Below are positions 13,961 to 28,295 of a stretch of DNA of 64,000 nucleotides, piece after piece. The DNA comes from Octopus sinensis (taxonomy: Eukaryota). The translations under genes were made by a program, and so were the position numbers. Positions within the stretch are counted from its first letter, which is position 1. Each line of letters starts with the position of its first letter. The DNA is taken from assembly GCF_006345805.1 (NCBI RefSeq), contig NC_043008.1:61752001-61816000 (forward strand), written 5' to 3'. Below the pieces are notes generated by a model, which was not told where the DNA came from, searched no databases, and saw nothing but the letters and a program-made list of their open reading frames with translations.

Positions 13961-15114
13961 TAAAAATTCAATTTTACTTAGAATTGTTCATATATTTCCT
14001 AACCGGTGAGACCAACGAGACAAAGATTTAGCTTCAACAGCTGCCGCTTAACGGATACGAAGAGGCAGCAGAAATTCATATCACGCGGCTGAAGAAAGAG
14101 TTATCACTTTTAACGTTGAAACAGAGCTTTTATACAAGGCAAGGCATTGAGCCATCTAGGGTAAATTTTTCTGAACTGGCAGAATCAAAATTAAATATAT
14201 ATAAGAAACCAAAAAAAAAAAAAAAACCATTTATCTCCAACTTAATGGCATTTATATTATTGCTGCTTCATGCATTACTACGTTTTCATTTTCGCATCCA
14301 TTGTTTCTATCAATAGATACTATTATTTCTTTTTTAATCACTCCCATTATCTTATAATTCTTTATCATTTCATTCACAAAAACGGAAAATAAATTATAAA
14401 CAAATCCTCATTGTTTACTTCTCAACTTTCTATTGTCCCCTATAATAACATTCTTCTCTTTGCAACATAGCACCTTTCATTGTTTCAGTGTTGTTATATT
14501 ATTACTTAGATTTTTTTCTCTAAATATGATTCTTGTTCTATATTTTCATTCCTTTAAAAATATGTATATCGAATCCCATATTCAATACGCACTATGTACA
14601 TTTCATCCAGAATGCTCGCATTCAATCTCATTTCAGCCAAACATTTACATATTGTTTTTTCTCTTTCTACTTCTCTATTTGCACTATAACTTAATGAATG
14701 CTTCTGTGAAAATTTCTTAAGAAGTCTCCTGAAAAAAAAACTGTCAATAAGCTTGATGGTCTGTGGAATTGGTAGATTATCTATATTATCTAGGGAATGT
14801 TTCTGCTAAACGCCACAGCTGGGAATTAGAAAAACACACCGCCTCCTGTTATTATACATGTTTATCTTCATGTGTTACATTTAAAGAATGTTACACACGC
14901 ACACATACAGACACATATTCATGTACATGTTTACATATACAGACAAACACGCGTGCACACACACATATATATGTATAATTACAAGTATGTATACATATAT
15001 ATTTACAAATATGTACACACAGATGTATGAGCGTTTGCGCATATATATATGTATACATATATATATATATGTGTGTATATATTTATTTATGTATATATAT
15101 GCACATATGTATGC

Positions 15115-15154
<40 letters not shown>

Positions 15155-15635
15155 AGTGTGTGTGTGTGTAAGTATGTTTGTATACACATATGTATAGGGA
15201 GAAATTCAGTGAGAAACAGACACGCATAAGCTATATACAATATGTAAGGATTCTTTTATTTGGCCTACTCTATGCGACGATTAACAATAGATATTAGCGG
15301 CGTATTTTGGCATCTTATAGCATCTGCAGATGCGTATGTACGTAAGTACATATGTATGTATGCATGTATGTATGTATGTATGCATGTATGTATGTTGCAT
15401 GTATGTACGCATGTTTTATGTATGTACGTAGGCATGCATGTATGTGTGTGTGTGTATATATATATATATATAAGTAGTTAAATGAATTATCCTAGTGTGG
15501 ATAATTCGGTTAAACGATTCCCGGGTAGCAAATTCACGTCAGAAAAACACGGTTGAAGCCACAAGGGCAAGGGCAGAGATCACGTGCTTTCGTGTGGAAA
15601 TTTGTGTTTCTTTTTTTAATACAAATAAATGAAAG

Positions 15636-15715
15636 AATATGCAGTCTTCGAAACATATGTCTAGAATAAAGGAATTTTGTTAAATCGTCGTTCAACTCCA
15701 TTCTTTCATATATGT
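15636..15715 (+). ncRNA. 3' half of a type I hammerhead element (same family as 62998-63082), 5'-truncated
   Basis: gaatatgcagtcttcGAAACATATGTCtagaataaagg..gtcgttcaactccattctttcata matches the reverse complement of about 62955-63030; no CTGATGA upstream. Confidence 0.75.
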
Positions 15716-17329
15716 ATATATATAAAATGATTTGATTGGTGACAGGAATAGAGCTCTTGATCTAAAATATTCATATGAAATTTTTTTCTGAAGTGGGCTG
15801 TATACGGATAAAGGCATGATGTCACATGTTTAGCGCCGGAACTTCGTTGACCTTTCTTCCCACAGCAGGGACTAACAAAAAAAGGGCCTCCCACCACATT
15901 TGCCATCAGCACAAATCTTGAAAACACCTCAACGCGAAAACTAGCGTGCAGTGATAAAAAAAATAGCGTGTAGACATAAAAGTAAAAGTGGGAGTATCTA
16001 TAGCATCATCAAAATCTACATCACTAAATTCACTAAATAGAACTATCATAGTGGAAATAGAACTACCGTAGTAACAACAGCAACTATAACATGAACAGGA
16101 ACAATATCGCCGAAATCAGCCATAGAATCCCTCCAACCTTAAGTTAGAACTACAAGACATAGCTCCATCCATTCAATTCAACCGGACATGTCCTGCAACG
16201 TGGGACTCTTACCTGAAAAATGAACTGATAAAAGAAAATATGAAAAACCCAACCATCGAAGAGACTTGCTTGGAGGGAAATACCAGTAGCAAAAGGAAAT
16301 GGATGTATAACAATCCACAGTACAATCCAAACAAATTAAAGAAAACACACCAGTAAATCTAGCAAAGCGATATTATAATTTAATTTATTATAAGTATGCT
16401 CATAGATACATACAGCAGAGAATTAACAACTGCCATCAGTACATAAATATTGCACACAATGATTACAATACATGAACAAATACCTTAGTGTAGGACAAAA
16501 TTCGTGACGGACGAACTGTAGGCAGAAAATTCACTGCGGGCTAGCTAGGAAGTTGACCAGCATCAAGAAAAGAAACTTCCAGAAGGAGAAGCAAAATATA
16601 ATAATATCAGCAGTCAGTGTGAAACGAATCTGAATGTACTAAACAGAAATAACTGGCGATTTAAGCCCTGATGTACAGAAAGTAATAAACCTTTGATAAA
16701 TGTATTCTTGTCTCTACTAGATTGTTTGCTTAAACAAAGCTATAATAGCAACACAAATACACAGAGAAATAGCAAAATCTAAATGCAAATTAATCGTGCA
16801 AAAATGGGAGAATTTCCTGTGTAAATTATCAATCAATTGTGTGCGACTCATAAACCCATAAACCCCGCTCCATACACTTTCTGCAATTCTGTGTAGGCCT
16901 CTGAGCAGGTATTGCCATGACAACTTTCTCTGCCATGGTCAATGCGAGGATCACACGCTACACACCTTTTTTCCAAGCATTGCTGTAAATCGCAGAAGTG
17001 AGCTAGACCGTAAAAACTCAATTCGAATGCACAACAGAGCTAAAAGTCAATCTTTGTCAAGCAGCTTTACTCTGCATATATTAACTACGTTAATATGGCA
17101 ACAGTCCGGATATTTATTGATCAATTTCTCGATATATAACGAGATTCTTTCATTTTCCGTCAACCAAATCCACTCTCAGGGCTTTAGTCTGCCCGAAACT
17201 ATGGTGAAAGATACCATCCGAAGTTTCCACACAATAGGACCTGAACCCAGTACCATGTGGTTGGGAAGTGAGTTTCTTAGAACACAGTCGCACCTGTACC
17301 TATTTGTGGGTCATATAAGAAAAGAAACA

Positions 17330-17900
17330 ATTTTTTCATCGCTTAATTTTTAACACATTTCTGTGAGGAATTGTAATCTACAATTCTATTAGCCATTCGC
17401 CTTAGGAAATACATTTTTAAACCAGATTTAATGTGAGGAAGCGAATTGCTTTCTGCATTTCACAAAAAGAATTGACTGAATGCTGCTTTTTCCAAGAATA
17501 TATTACAATCTACTTGACCATTCTCTACTGCTATAATGTCTGTAATAGCCTGACTATCTAACTATATTGAAAGCAGCAGTATTTGGCGAAACCTTGCTTA
17601 ATATTTTTTTCACAACCATCCCATTGGTGATTGCTGTATCAAATTTCGTTAAAATGGATCTCTAAGTTAATACAAGATTCTTTTAAATGCAATGAATAAG
17701 TTATGCAGATAGATGTTTATATTTGCATTACGCCATAAAACAGCTTTTAAACTTGGCATTGATATTTTTCTCTTGGAATTCCCATCTTTATAATACCTGC
17801 CTTTCAAATAAACAAGCAATAGGTCTATTAATGTCTTGTTAGTGGTAGAGTAAACCATCCCCTTTATAAGGAAATTGCTGAATCAAAGTTTTGTTTCCTA
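17330..17900 (-). pseudogene. Highly decayed LINE RT fragment (RTE-like)
   Basis: Minus frames give INRPIACL (cf. NYRPIxLL) and IYLHNLFIAFKRIL (cf. FIDFKKAYD); heavily degenerate. Confidence 0.45.
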
Positions 17901-18204
17901 TTGTAATTCAGTGTTACATATTCATGCACTTGTTTTACAAACAAGACGCGAGAAACGCCACATTTTAGTCAACAGTTCTGTAGCCCATACAGAATGACTT
18001 AAACCCTCTCAGTGAAAAGTGTTTCACCTTTACTATTTTGTGGTTCATAATCAGAAATTAACGATGATCCAAAAATAAGCTTTATAGATTTTGGCAATTT
18101 TGTTTTACCATGTAAAGCTGTTGAAGAAGGAAAACTGCATCAAAGTCCAAGGTCCATAATAATGTTTTCAGGCCCTTATAATGGTTTGCCACAAGAGCAG
18201 CAAT

Positions 18205-18370
18205 TTTGAGGGAGGGGATGAGTCGATTTCATCAAGCCTACATTTTAAGTGCTACTTATTTTTTCGACCCCGAAAGGATGTAAGGTAAAATCAACCACGG
18301 CGGTATTTTAACTCCGAACGTTAAGCATTTCGTCCTGAGCGCTAACGATTCTTCCATCTCACTGCCTTTT
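18205..18370 (-). mobile_element. Diverged CORE-type SINE
   Basis: tttttcgaccccgaaaggatgtaaggtaaaatcaacc, the CORE-like segment in reverse. Confidence 0.7.
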
Positions 18371-19239
18371 CTCAAGCAATTATAATGAGAAAACGTAATA
18401 AAGAAATTACGGAGATGTACTTGCATAGCAAGTGAGATGCAGCAGGGAATTTTGTCTGTGAACAGGTCGCAGTCTCAAAGCGACGAAAATATTTTCACAA
18501 ATTAAATTTAAATGTTGAAGTGAATCTAACGGTTTTTGTGTGTTTCTTAAATGGCTTATAAACACCTTCCACGCTACAATTGTTTGTAATCAAGAAAATT
18601 GTTTGTAAAAAATGTTTCTCATACAAATTCAGACACCCTAGCCAATGTCTGGTATAACATTGATCCTTCTACATTATTTTCAACCTGAGGATAAGAAAAA
18701 GTAAACTTGAACTTTGCACACCTGTTCAGAAGACATAACACAAAATATGGGCGAAATGCGCAAAACACGTAAAAGATACACATATTGGGAATAGCTTTAG
18801 TGTTGATTTATGAAGTTGTTATATTGTGTACCACTGTAGAGAAAAGCAGTGAAATAATCAAAAGGGTAATTTGGTCCCGTGATGTCAACATGAATAAGCA
18901 AATTTTAATACGTTGCAAAACAGAAGACACAGTTTAACTGCATTACCGTGCAGTTAGTGAAGAGAAAAAAGTCATTTGATTGGTTGGTAGGGCAGAGCTG
19001 GTTTAATGGGATTCTTTTTCTTTCTTTTTTTTTTGTTTTGAGAAAGAAAAGCACTTATTGAGTGGCGGACAGGTGCAGCGATTCCTGCTTACAGTTTTCA
19101 CAAGAGGCCCATCAGGTGCAGTGTTAGCTACGCCATCGATGTCGGCCGGACGATTTGCATATTCTCATACTCAACATCCAACAACACCGAAGTAAAACAT
19201 CAAGAGACTGAGGAAACCCTTCTCAAAATTAATATCAAA

Positions 19240-19535
19240 TAGTCATTTGACTGCGGCCATGCTGGAGCTCTACCTTTCGTCGAACAAATCGAACCCAGGA
19301 TTTATTTTTTGTAAACCTTGTACTTATTCTATAGGTTTCATTTGCCGAACCGAAAAGTTAAGGGGACGTAAACACACCAACATCAGTTGTCAAGCGATGG
19401 TGGAGGGGGAGGGACGATATTTTTTCAGTTTCCGTCTACCTGGTACACTCACAAGGCTTTGGTCGGCCTGAGGCTATTGTAGAAGACAATTTCACAATGT
19501 ACCATGCTGTGGAACCGAACCCGGAACTACACTTC
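19240..19535 (-). mobile_element. SINE family B, lacking the internal microsatellite
   Basis: gtcatttgactgcggccatgctggagc tail and cagtttccgtctacc..cacaaggctttggtcggcc body in reverse. Confidence 0.85.
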
Positions 19536-20190
19536 TAAAGCAGTATAGTATTTGTTGATAATAGCTTTCTTTTAAAAACATGAAGATTTCTGAATATTTC
19601 TTTCTTGTTTTCTTTCTCTTTTTTCTTGATCGTCGGTAACAACTTCTGCCTGTTGTTACTGAAAACTCGCGTGTTTCAGGAGGTGTTCAAAGTTGAAGAC
19701 AAACCATTTCAATCCATTATTTAAGGCGCATTGTGTTGTTAAGCATTTTAACGCTTGTAATTTCGTTTATCTCTCCTTTCTCAGAAGAATTTATTTCGTT
19801 AATTTTTCTCAGAAGGTGGTATATACAGTCATTTGGTTTTTATTATGGTCTTCAATACACAAAATATATGTTCCATACCGTAATACACCCTTCAGATGTG
19901 ATAGGCTATTTTGGTGACATTAATCTTCTGTAAAGACGAATTGTTTATTTAATCGTACGGTTTGTATTTCCATGTGTATACAAGCGTATTAGAAATCGTT
20001 TTAACTTAAATATATTAAAGGATATCGACACACTATGAAGATGGGTTTCACTTTATAAATTGCTTTCCACATCCCTTACTTTTCCTTAGTATTTCAGAGA
20101 GGATTTTTTTTTTAAATACAGTTTCCTATCCCCGGTAGATACAATCGCTTGTCCTGTGACTTCATTAGTTCACGATTATACATATACATA

Positions 20191-20596
20191 TAGGCTGTGT
20201 GGTAAGTAGTTGGCTAACCAACCACATGGTTCCAGGTTCAGTCCCACTGCGTGGCATCTTGGGCAAGTGTCTTCTGCTATAGCCCCGGGCCGACCAATGC
20301 CTTGTGAGTGTATTTGGTAGACGGAAACTGAAAGAAGCCTGTCGTATATATGTATATATATATATATACGTATATGTGTGTGTGTGTTTGTGTGTTTGTC
20401 CACCTAGCATTGCTTGACAACCGATGCTGGTGTGTTTACGTCCCCGTCACTTAGCGGTTCGTCAAAAGAGACCGAAATAATAAGTACTAGGCTTACAAAT
20501 AATAAGTCCCGGGGTCGATTTGCTCGACTAAAGGCGGTGCTCCAACATCGCCGCAGTCAAATGACTGAAACAAGTAACAGAGTAAAAGAGAAAGAG
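20191..20596 (+). mobile_element. SINE family B
   Basis: Full-length match to 3083-3490. Confidence 0.9.
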
Positions 20597-22433
20597 TAAA
20601 TAGTATACTCTCTATGGAATATCGAGGATTTCTAGCAAAGACTTAAGCTAGGTTTATTTTGCAGCCATGATATATAGGCCGAGAGTTTGTCATGATCTTA
20701 GCGCTCATAGTATCTACGTTATTATCTTTTTATTGTTATTTTCTTTGGTAATATTAATAATACTAGCATTATTGTTAACAATATTGATAACATTTATTTC
20801 ACTACCAACGTACATTTTATGAATTTTATTTGATGTTTTCTTTCGTTGTTATGCATATAACAACAGGAAGTAGATTGTCTTTTTAATATATGTTGTTACA
20901 AAAGAGAACACTGCAACATCAATATCAAGCCACAATAAAGGAATAGATGGGTGAAAAATGAATCAACTTAAACGTTGTCCGCTGCTATATCAAATCTGTT
21001 TTTATAACTGTATCCTATCCATGGTGATGATCAATTTATTGATATTGGAAACAGAACCATCCATTCCCCACATGAGCAAAACATGTTAGAAGTCCAGTTT
21101 GAAAAGGGTGAGTGTTACACTATATTTAGTACAGCTGAATAGAGGGAGAAATATTGTATTGATATTAATAGAAATAAAGATAACATTTCTAATGATTGTA
21201 ATACTAATATTATTGTGGTTATGACAATAGCAATGTTAATAGTGTCGATATTAGCTCTACTGAAATTTATAGATGAAAGTTATAGATACTAAGTATCTCG
21301 TAAAAGTCTAACAACACCTGATATAAAAATTTAACGAAATCCCTGTGAGATTTAGTCGAAAACTGACAGTACATAAGAAGAATTCTATTTATTATCAATA
21401 GCTTCCGAACTTACACAGATTAAGGTAAAGTAACTCCTATGATAAGCATAGAGTTTGTAGAGAAAAAAGTTGCTTTTATATTCCACCAGCGATTAAAGAA
21501 CGCTAAACGTAATAATCTACAATGAGTTATTCAACATAACACCAAATAAATCAATAGCGAGTGATAAATATGAGATAAACGATATCATAGAAACATATGA
21601 GTTACCAAGTTATAAAGATTAGATGCATTTGGGGAACAAGTTTCTAAAAACACATTTTAGTATAACAATGGCAATAATTAATAAGTAATATATGAAGCCA
21701 TAACAGTACTTGAAAAAAACTATCTTCCAAGATCATGGAGATAGCTGATATGATACTGTCTTGGAAGCTGGTTTCGGCAGCATCAGAACTAGGAAAGTCG
21801 TGGCATTAACAGCACGCATAATTTTTTTCTTTATGTTTGTAGTTGAATATTCTCTTCTGTTCTATAACATCAAACTTTTAACAGTATTTTGAACATTTCG
21901 GATCAAGTATTTAGATACCTACTTAATGAGCAACTGAAAATAGACTAATACCTGACCCATTACATATCTACGGGGCCATAATATGTAAACTGGTTTCTAA
22001 AATATTATTCAATAATAATCGAACATTTACACAAACAAAATATAGTTGTTCAGTAGAAGCCACCTATACCCAACTTTTACAGAACGATTGATGAATTCCT
22101 TATTCTCAATACCGTACCTTATAACTCAAAAGTACAATGAAATAAAACAATTTTGCAAATTATATAGGATGAACTTGAGGCCAGACCCAGACTTCTCTTT
22201 CATATGAATTTCATTAAATTGTATGATACAACTCAATACTATCAAGTAATATAGCTGTAACATTAGAATATCATTCGAAGAAAAAGACGTAAGGCTGTAA
22301 ATTACTTTTATATCAACACGCTCGCGAGTGTATGTACACGTGTGTTTTTGTTTGCTTAATTGTGTGTTTGCTTAACTGTGTGTGTGTGTGGGAAGGAGAA
22401 TGTATTTTTGGAAATTTAACCATATAAATGCAG

Positions 22434-22830
22434 TAATGTCCGTGAGTGCTGAGAGCTGAAATAACCGTAGCACCTAACAATGTCATTTTCCGGTGCAGCA
22501 AAAATTGAGGCTAGAGCGATATCTCCATTGGAAATAACGATAATCAAAACCAAACAATTTAGTTCTCAGAAAGCAATTAATAAAACCAGTTATTATGTTT
22601 CACTTCACAACAGCAGCAGAGATATGTAATCTCGGCACAACGTGCTTTCCGATCACGGTGTTTGATTCAAGGGTGACAACTTCACGTGACAAAGGGAATG
22701 CAAAAGGAACTGACTAGCGGCAATTGATTTCCCTATCAGTACAAGACCTGGAATATAGGGAAAAACGGCTTGACTATTATCTATTTTATCAACTCCATAA
22801 GCAATAGCCAAGTATTTCTATATACACAGA
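22434..22830 (+). repeat. 397-bp direct repeat, copy 1
   Basis: Repeated at 23608-24004 with 5 substitutions that I could find. Confidence 0.95.
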
Positions 22831-23607
22831 GATATTTATTCGTATGTGGAAATTTCTAATATAGTGACAAAGTAAATGTTTGTCGGCGAGAAAACCATAA
22901 ATTTTAGTTATATAGACAGGATAACAGAAAGTGATGAAAATATAGTAAGTAGCATAATTTAAACCTATTCTGAATGAAGATATTGCGATAAGTTTCGATG
23001 GGGTGTGCATTTTGTTCAAAAGGTATAAATTAACAAATAAATTAGCGATTAAGTTTTAAATATGAATATTTTAAGACATTTACAACCACTAATCTACGAT
23101 CAAAGTTAATTTATAATTCCTATTTATTTATAGACTCGATATCTGATTGCAAATCTCTTGTCGCATTATATTTAATTCTTAACTGCATAGTCATAATCTA
23201 TAAATATTAATATTATTGGTATTCGGTCTTATAAACGTTGAATTTATGTGTGATACTTGAATATGTTAGATAGAATAATTACGTTGTCTTCGTCTGACCT
23301 CTCATCATTTTGAATGAATCGTAGGTGTGACGTCGTGATATACAGCGTATGGTAAGCATATTCAAACGCAAGCCTTCAAACAATTGCTTTAAGAAGAGAG
23401 AAAATAGGATAGGATGAAGAAAATAAAAGGGGCTAAAGGGAAAGAATCAATGTCAACACAAGACTGGTAATGTATTTATCGACTACAAATGTGCGGGACG
23501 CCTTTAATGTCTCAGCCGATCGGCAGAACCGTCACTGAAGACGAAGGGTTATATGATCAATATACATAGGTGTATATATTTATCTATATGGAGTATATAT
23601 ATATATA

Positions 23608-24004
23608 TAATGTCCGTGAGTGCTGAGAGCTGAAATAACCGTAGCACGTAACAATGTCATTTTCCGGTGCAGCAAAAAATGAGGCTAGAGCGATATCTCC
23701 ATTGAAAATAACGATAATCAAAACCAAACAATTTAGTTCTCAGAAAGCAATTAATAAAACCAGGTATTATGTTTCACTTCACAACAGCAGCAGAGATATG
23801 TAATCTCGGCACAACGTGCTTTCCGATCACGGTGTTTGATTCAAGGGTGACAACTTCACGTGACAAAGGGAATGCAAAAGGAACTGACTAGCGGCAATTG
23901 ATTTCCCTATCAGTACAAGACCTGGAATATAGGGAAAAACGGCTTGACTATTATCTATTTTATCGACTCCATAAGCAATAGCCAAGTATTTCTATATACA
24001 CAGA
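23608..24004 (+). repeat. 397-bp direct repeat, copy 2, flanked by (TA)n
   Basis: Copy of 22434-22830 with TA runs on both sides. Confidence 0.95.
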
Positions 24005-24089
24005 TATATATATATATGGTGGGGTTGTGTTAACCGCACGTGGAGAAATGTTAAGATAGGAAAATAGATATATTTATAATTTTTCCTCT

Positions 24090-24152
<63 letters not shown>

Positions 24153-24334
24153 GTATATGTATATATTCATATCTATCTATCGGTGTATTTATCCATATAT
24201 AACACACACACACACACATATTGTTGTATCTCGGGATGGTCATTTTATTAATTTTTTAAACAAATAAACACACGCACTATATATTTTTTCATCACTCGTT
24301 TATTGCTGTTATTTTATAATCCCACATCACTGAT

Positions 24335-26265
24335 ATGAAGGAAACAACGATACGGGAGTATGAGGAGGGAGAGAAGATCCTCAATGCTCATATGATGGTG
24401 TGGTGAAACATCGTTGGCTCAAAGAAGCGCACGGCAACATCTTCCGGGCCATCAACAACGGCATCCCAGCGCTGTATAGGTTGCGAAAGGATCATAAGGT
24501 GTCCACTGACCTAGTGACAGGTCCACCGACGAGACTGGTCTGCGGAGCCAATGTTGCCAAGGACTACCGGATCTCCTACTTCTCAATGATCATACGCCTT
24601 GTGATAAAAATGTCCTCAGATGTATGTGACAGCATAGAGGACATCCCCAGCTGAATCAATGAGTGCAAGCATACCCACGGCCTGACGGCATGCATAATAG
24701 GCAGTATCGAGATAGTGTCCCTATACACATCATTTGATGTTGATTTTGCCGTGGAGAATTGTGTGGCGGCGATCAGCTAGAGTGATGTCGATTTTCGTGG
24801 TGTGAACACTTAAGAACTAGACCTCCTCCTAGGACTGACGTGAGACAATGATTACTTAGATAAACATGACCTTAGTTGTTTCTGCCCCACTAGATTGATA
24901 AGAGGTAGACCCCCACTACTATAACTTCTATGTCCAAGAAAACCCCCAAAGAGAGATGGACCGGGTGGACCAGAGCTATAACGATCTTCCGAAAATGATA
25001 ATCAGATAAAAAAGATGGTCACACATGCGGTGGGCGTGAGTACCGAGACCACACTAAAGGGCCATATATTTAAATTTAATAATAAGATATAAACCCAAGA
25101 TGAAGGTGCAGCAATGGCTGTCAGTATTACTGGTGATGTGGCTAACCTATTTCTGGTATGGTGGGATAGGAGTTTTAAAATGAAATTAGCAGAGAACTCC
25201 ATAAACCAAACGATGTACTTCCGCTATGCGGATGATATCAGCATGGTAGCCAGAGCATCCCTAAAAAATAATGTTGATGATCTAAAAGATAACAACAAGG
25301 AGAGCATCCTGCAAGTAGCGACCTCCGTACACTACAGTATAGAAATAACGATAGACTACCCTAGTAAGTATCCTAACCATAAATTACTCGTTTTACACAA
25401 CGAACTCTCGAAAGAAACGAAGAACGGTAAAGTCCAGACCCTTCACTCTCATTAAGCCAAACCCATGGCCTCTAAGTACCTTATAGAATTGGAAAGGCAC
25501 ATACAACATTTATTTTACCGCATGCAGTTCTCTGGCTACAACTGATGGGACAGGATTAGAATGTACAAAGAAACCAGAACTAAGTACAAAATTATCATAG
25601 GGAGTGATTCTAAGGGGATCTGCCCGCTGTACAGGAGTAAATCCTGGAACACCACGGAAAGGACCAGTAATAAGATTAATAAAGCGAACACTTAGTATGA
25701 CAACAAAAAATACCAGTGTGTCATGTTCGTTGTTGCAACCCCTGGCGTCGAACTAGCACACCTTATTAGAAAAAATTCAAGTAAGGCTATGAATCTATGA
25801 ATTAAATCTATGAATTAAAGTAAATCTATAAATTGAAGTAGAGAGGCCTAACACCCTTTAAAATCCATGATTTGCAATACCTATCCCTTTGATAAGTCCC
25901 TCTGTACTGTGTAAAATTGTGTTGTATGTATGATGAACCCACAGGTTAACAGTAAGATTAGGAATGTAGCGCATAGCTTACGATGAACTGAGGGACGGTG
26001 CAGAAACATGTCAACTCCCTACAGAGGAGGGACTGCACGCAGCATAAGAGAGCATAAGACATAATATAAATATATAAAACTATATAAAGGACATGAATGC
26101 TTGCGAAGTGAACGCACGCACAAACGCAAACACATACACACATGAAACCACATGGACGGCCATATGACGTCAACAAACCAACTAACACGGTCAGCCGCAG
26201 CGGCGGTGCCCACGAGGGCAATCAAAATAACAACTACCACAATGGCAACACTAAGGACTAACATA
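24335..26265 (+). pseudogene. Decayed Penelope-like retroelement (RT plus GIY-YIG endonuclease)
   Basis: PALYRLRKDHK..GPPTRLVCGAN (RT N-terminus); GAAMAVSITGDVANLFLVWWD; YFRYADDI; IEITIDYPSK..KLLVL; KPMASKYLI; MFVVATPGVEL; YRGGTARSIREHK (26021-26058, GIY-YIG-like); stops and frameshifts throughout. Confidence 0.88.
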
Positions 26266-26649
26266 TTTGGAAGCACTCCGGTTACGACGATGAGGGTTCT
26301 GGTTGATCCGATCAACAGAACAGCCTGCACGTGAAATTAACGTGTAAGTGGCTGAGCACTCCACTGACACGTGTACCCTTAACGTAGTTCTCGGGGATAT
26401 TCAGCGTGACACAAGAGAGTGACAAGGCCGGCCCTTTGAAATACAGGTACAACAGAAACAGGAAGTAAGAGTGAGAGAAAGTTGTGATGAAAGAATACAG
26501 CAGGGACCGCCACCACCCCCTGCCGGAGCTTCGTGGAGCTTTAGGTGTTTTCGCTCAATAAACACTCACAACGCCCGGTCTGGGAATCGAAACCACGATC
26601 CTACGACCGCGAGTCCGCTGCCCTAACCACTGGGCCATTGCGCCTCCAC
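26266..26649 (-). mobile_element. tRNA-derived SINE family A, full length
   Basis: Matches 1-229; possible target-site duplication actaacata at 26257-26265 and 26648-26656. Confidence 0.9.
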
Positions 26650-26914
26650 TAACATACATACACAGAGGAATACAGGAACTGTACCTTTCTCTTTATTTTT
26701 CTCAGGTCTTAGGACACAATAGAGAGGTTGGAGCTAAGGGGGAGGCAGCACTGCTGCTAAACTCTATGACACACACACACAAGTATACACACACAGAAAC
26801 ACACACCCGAGCGCGCGAGCAGACAGACACACATACACATAAAAGCACAAGCAATGAATGCAGACATAAGGATACACGTCTTAGAAGAACAGAACGGAGT
26901 AAGTGGAGCAAGAA

Positions 26915-27125
26915 CACATATGAGGGAAACAACGATACGGGAGTATGAGCAGGGAGAGAAGATCCTCAATGCTCACATGATGGTGTAGTGAAACATCGTA
27001 GGCACAAAGAAGCGCACGGCAACATCTTCCAGGCCATCAACAACGGCATCCCAGCGCTGTATTGGTTGCGCAAGGACCATAAAGTGTCCACTGACCTAGT
27101 GACCGGTCCACCTAGCAGGCTTAGC
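26915..27125 (+). pseudogene. Second copy of the Penelope-like RT N-terminal segment
   Basis: gaaacaacgatacgggagtatgag..GNIFQAINNGIPALYWLRKDHKVSTDLVTGPP duplicates about 24335-24530; partial tandem structure is typical of Penelope-like elements. Confidence 0.85.
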
Positions 27126-27235
27126 AGGGTGGAGGTGCTTGTCTCCCCTTCTAAACATAAGGACACAGGAAATTTGTCAAAGCCGACAGGAAGCGTTGAT
27201 GCTTCCTAGGGCTAAATAGCACTGGTGTGATTCCC

Positions 27236-27392
<157 letters not shown>

Positions 27393-27884
27393 CAGATAGA
27401 TACGTACACGCATAATAACTTACACATGTACCTATGCACTCTTAGAAGAATGGAACTCAATTACAGAAAAAATAATTGCTGCATTGATATACTAATTACT
27501 GGATTGCCATGTATTATGAAGAATGCTAGCAATTACCTGCCACACACACACCTACACACAGACACAGGCTAAACACTCGTACATATATATGTATATGTTT
27601 TATTATTTCATGTAAAAGGAGACATCAGTGTGACACTTTCCCGCCGACTGACTTAAATACAAACACATATGTGCATATATATTTTACATATATATATGTA
27701 TGTATGTATGTTTAAATATTTGTTGTGCAAGATTTTTTATGTGAAGTCGTGTGTTGAAACAGATATTGTTATATTTCGGAATGGTCATATTGCCAGTTTA
27801 GCCAATAAAAACACACGCACTATATATTTGGTGTTATTTTGCTTCAGTGATATTTATTTTTTACATTAATCTTAATCTTATTTC

Positions 27885-27929
27885 GGCCAAAGTTCTTTCG
27901 TCACACTCCTGTGACCGCATCAGTGGTCC
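27885..27929 (-). ncRNA. Mirror copy of the hammerhead-like motif at 28787-28831
   Basis: Exact reverse complement in the left arm of the palindrome. Confidence 0.4.
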
Positions 27930-28261
27930 TTTGTTTTCTTCTCACTTACTTGTGTCTCTCCTTACTAACCGTCAGCCATTTTGTATTTCTATTGTATGTC
28001 TTCATTTGCGCATGCTTATATCTCTATGTGCGTCTATGTTTATTTAGTGTGTGTGTGTGGGGGGGATGCCTGTAATATTTGTATCTTCTGGTTATATACA
28101 TTCTTGTAATTTGTAATTTGTATTTTGTTTTTGTTGTTGTTGCTTTTGTTCTAATTTTGTTCATGTGTTTACAGCCACCCATTATTATCATTACATATGC
28201 TTGTATGTATGTATAACAACAATATAGTAATAATAATAATAAATCTATTTGAAAAAAAAAA

Positions 28262-28295
<34 letters not shown>

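Noticed and set aside
14041-14160. Possible 120-nt in-frame exon (AG..GT, LPLNGYEEAAEIHITRLKKELSLL..)
   Set aside because: Weak acceptor, no recognisable homology and no partner exons found; an overlapping minus-strand candidate is equally plausible. Chance is likely; RNA-seq would decide.
18380-18645. Possible mariner-type end (ttcagacaccctag)
   Set aside because: Only one short TIR-like end, with no partner and no transposase remnant.
19065-19165. Two CAGGTG E-boxes plus an ATTTGCAT octamer as an enhancer
   Set aside because: Short motifs expected by chance in 64 kb; no conservation or chromatin data available.
21250-22200. AT-rich stretch with coding-like fragments
   Set aside because: Frequent stops and no motif I could assign to any family.
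22434-24004. LTR or TRIM interpretation of the 397-bp direct repeats (TG..CA near the ends)
   Set aside because: Identity extends past TG and CA, and there is no 4-6-bp TSD, primer-binding site or polypurine tract.
25975-26010. GAAACATGTC resembling a hammerhead 3' half
   Set aside because: No proper CTGANGA or stem II, and it lies in the Penelope GIY-YIG reading frame (CRNMSTPY).
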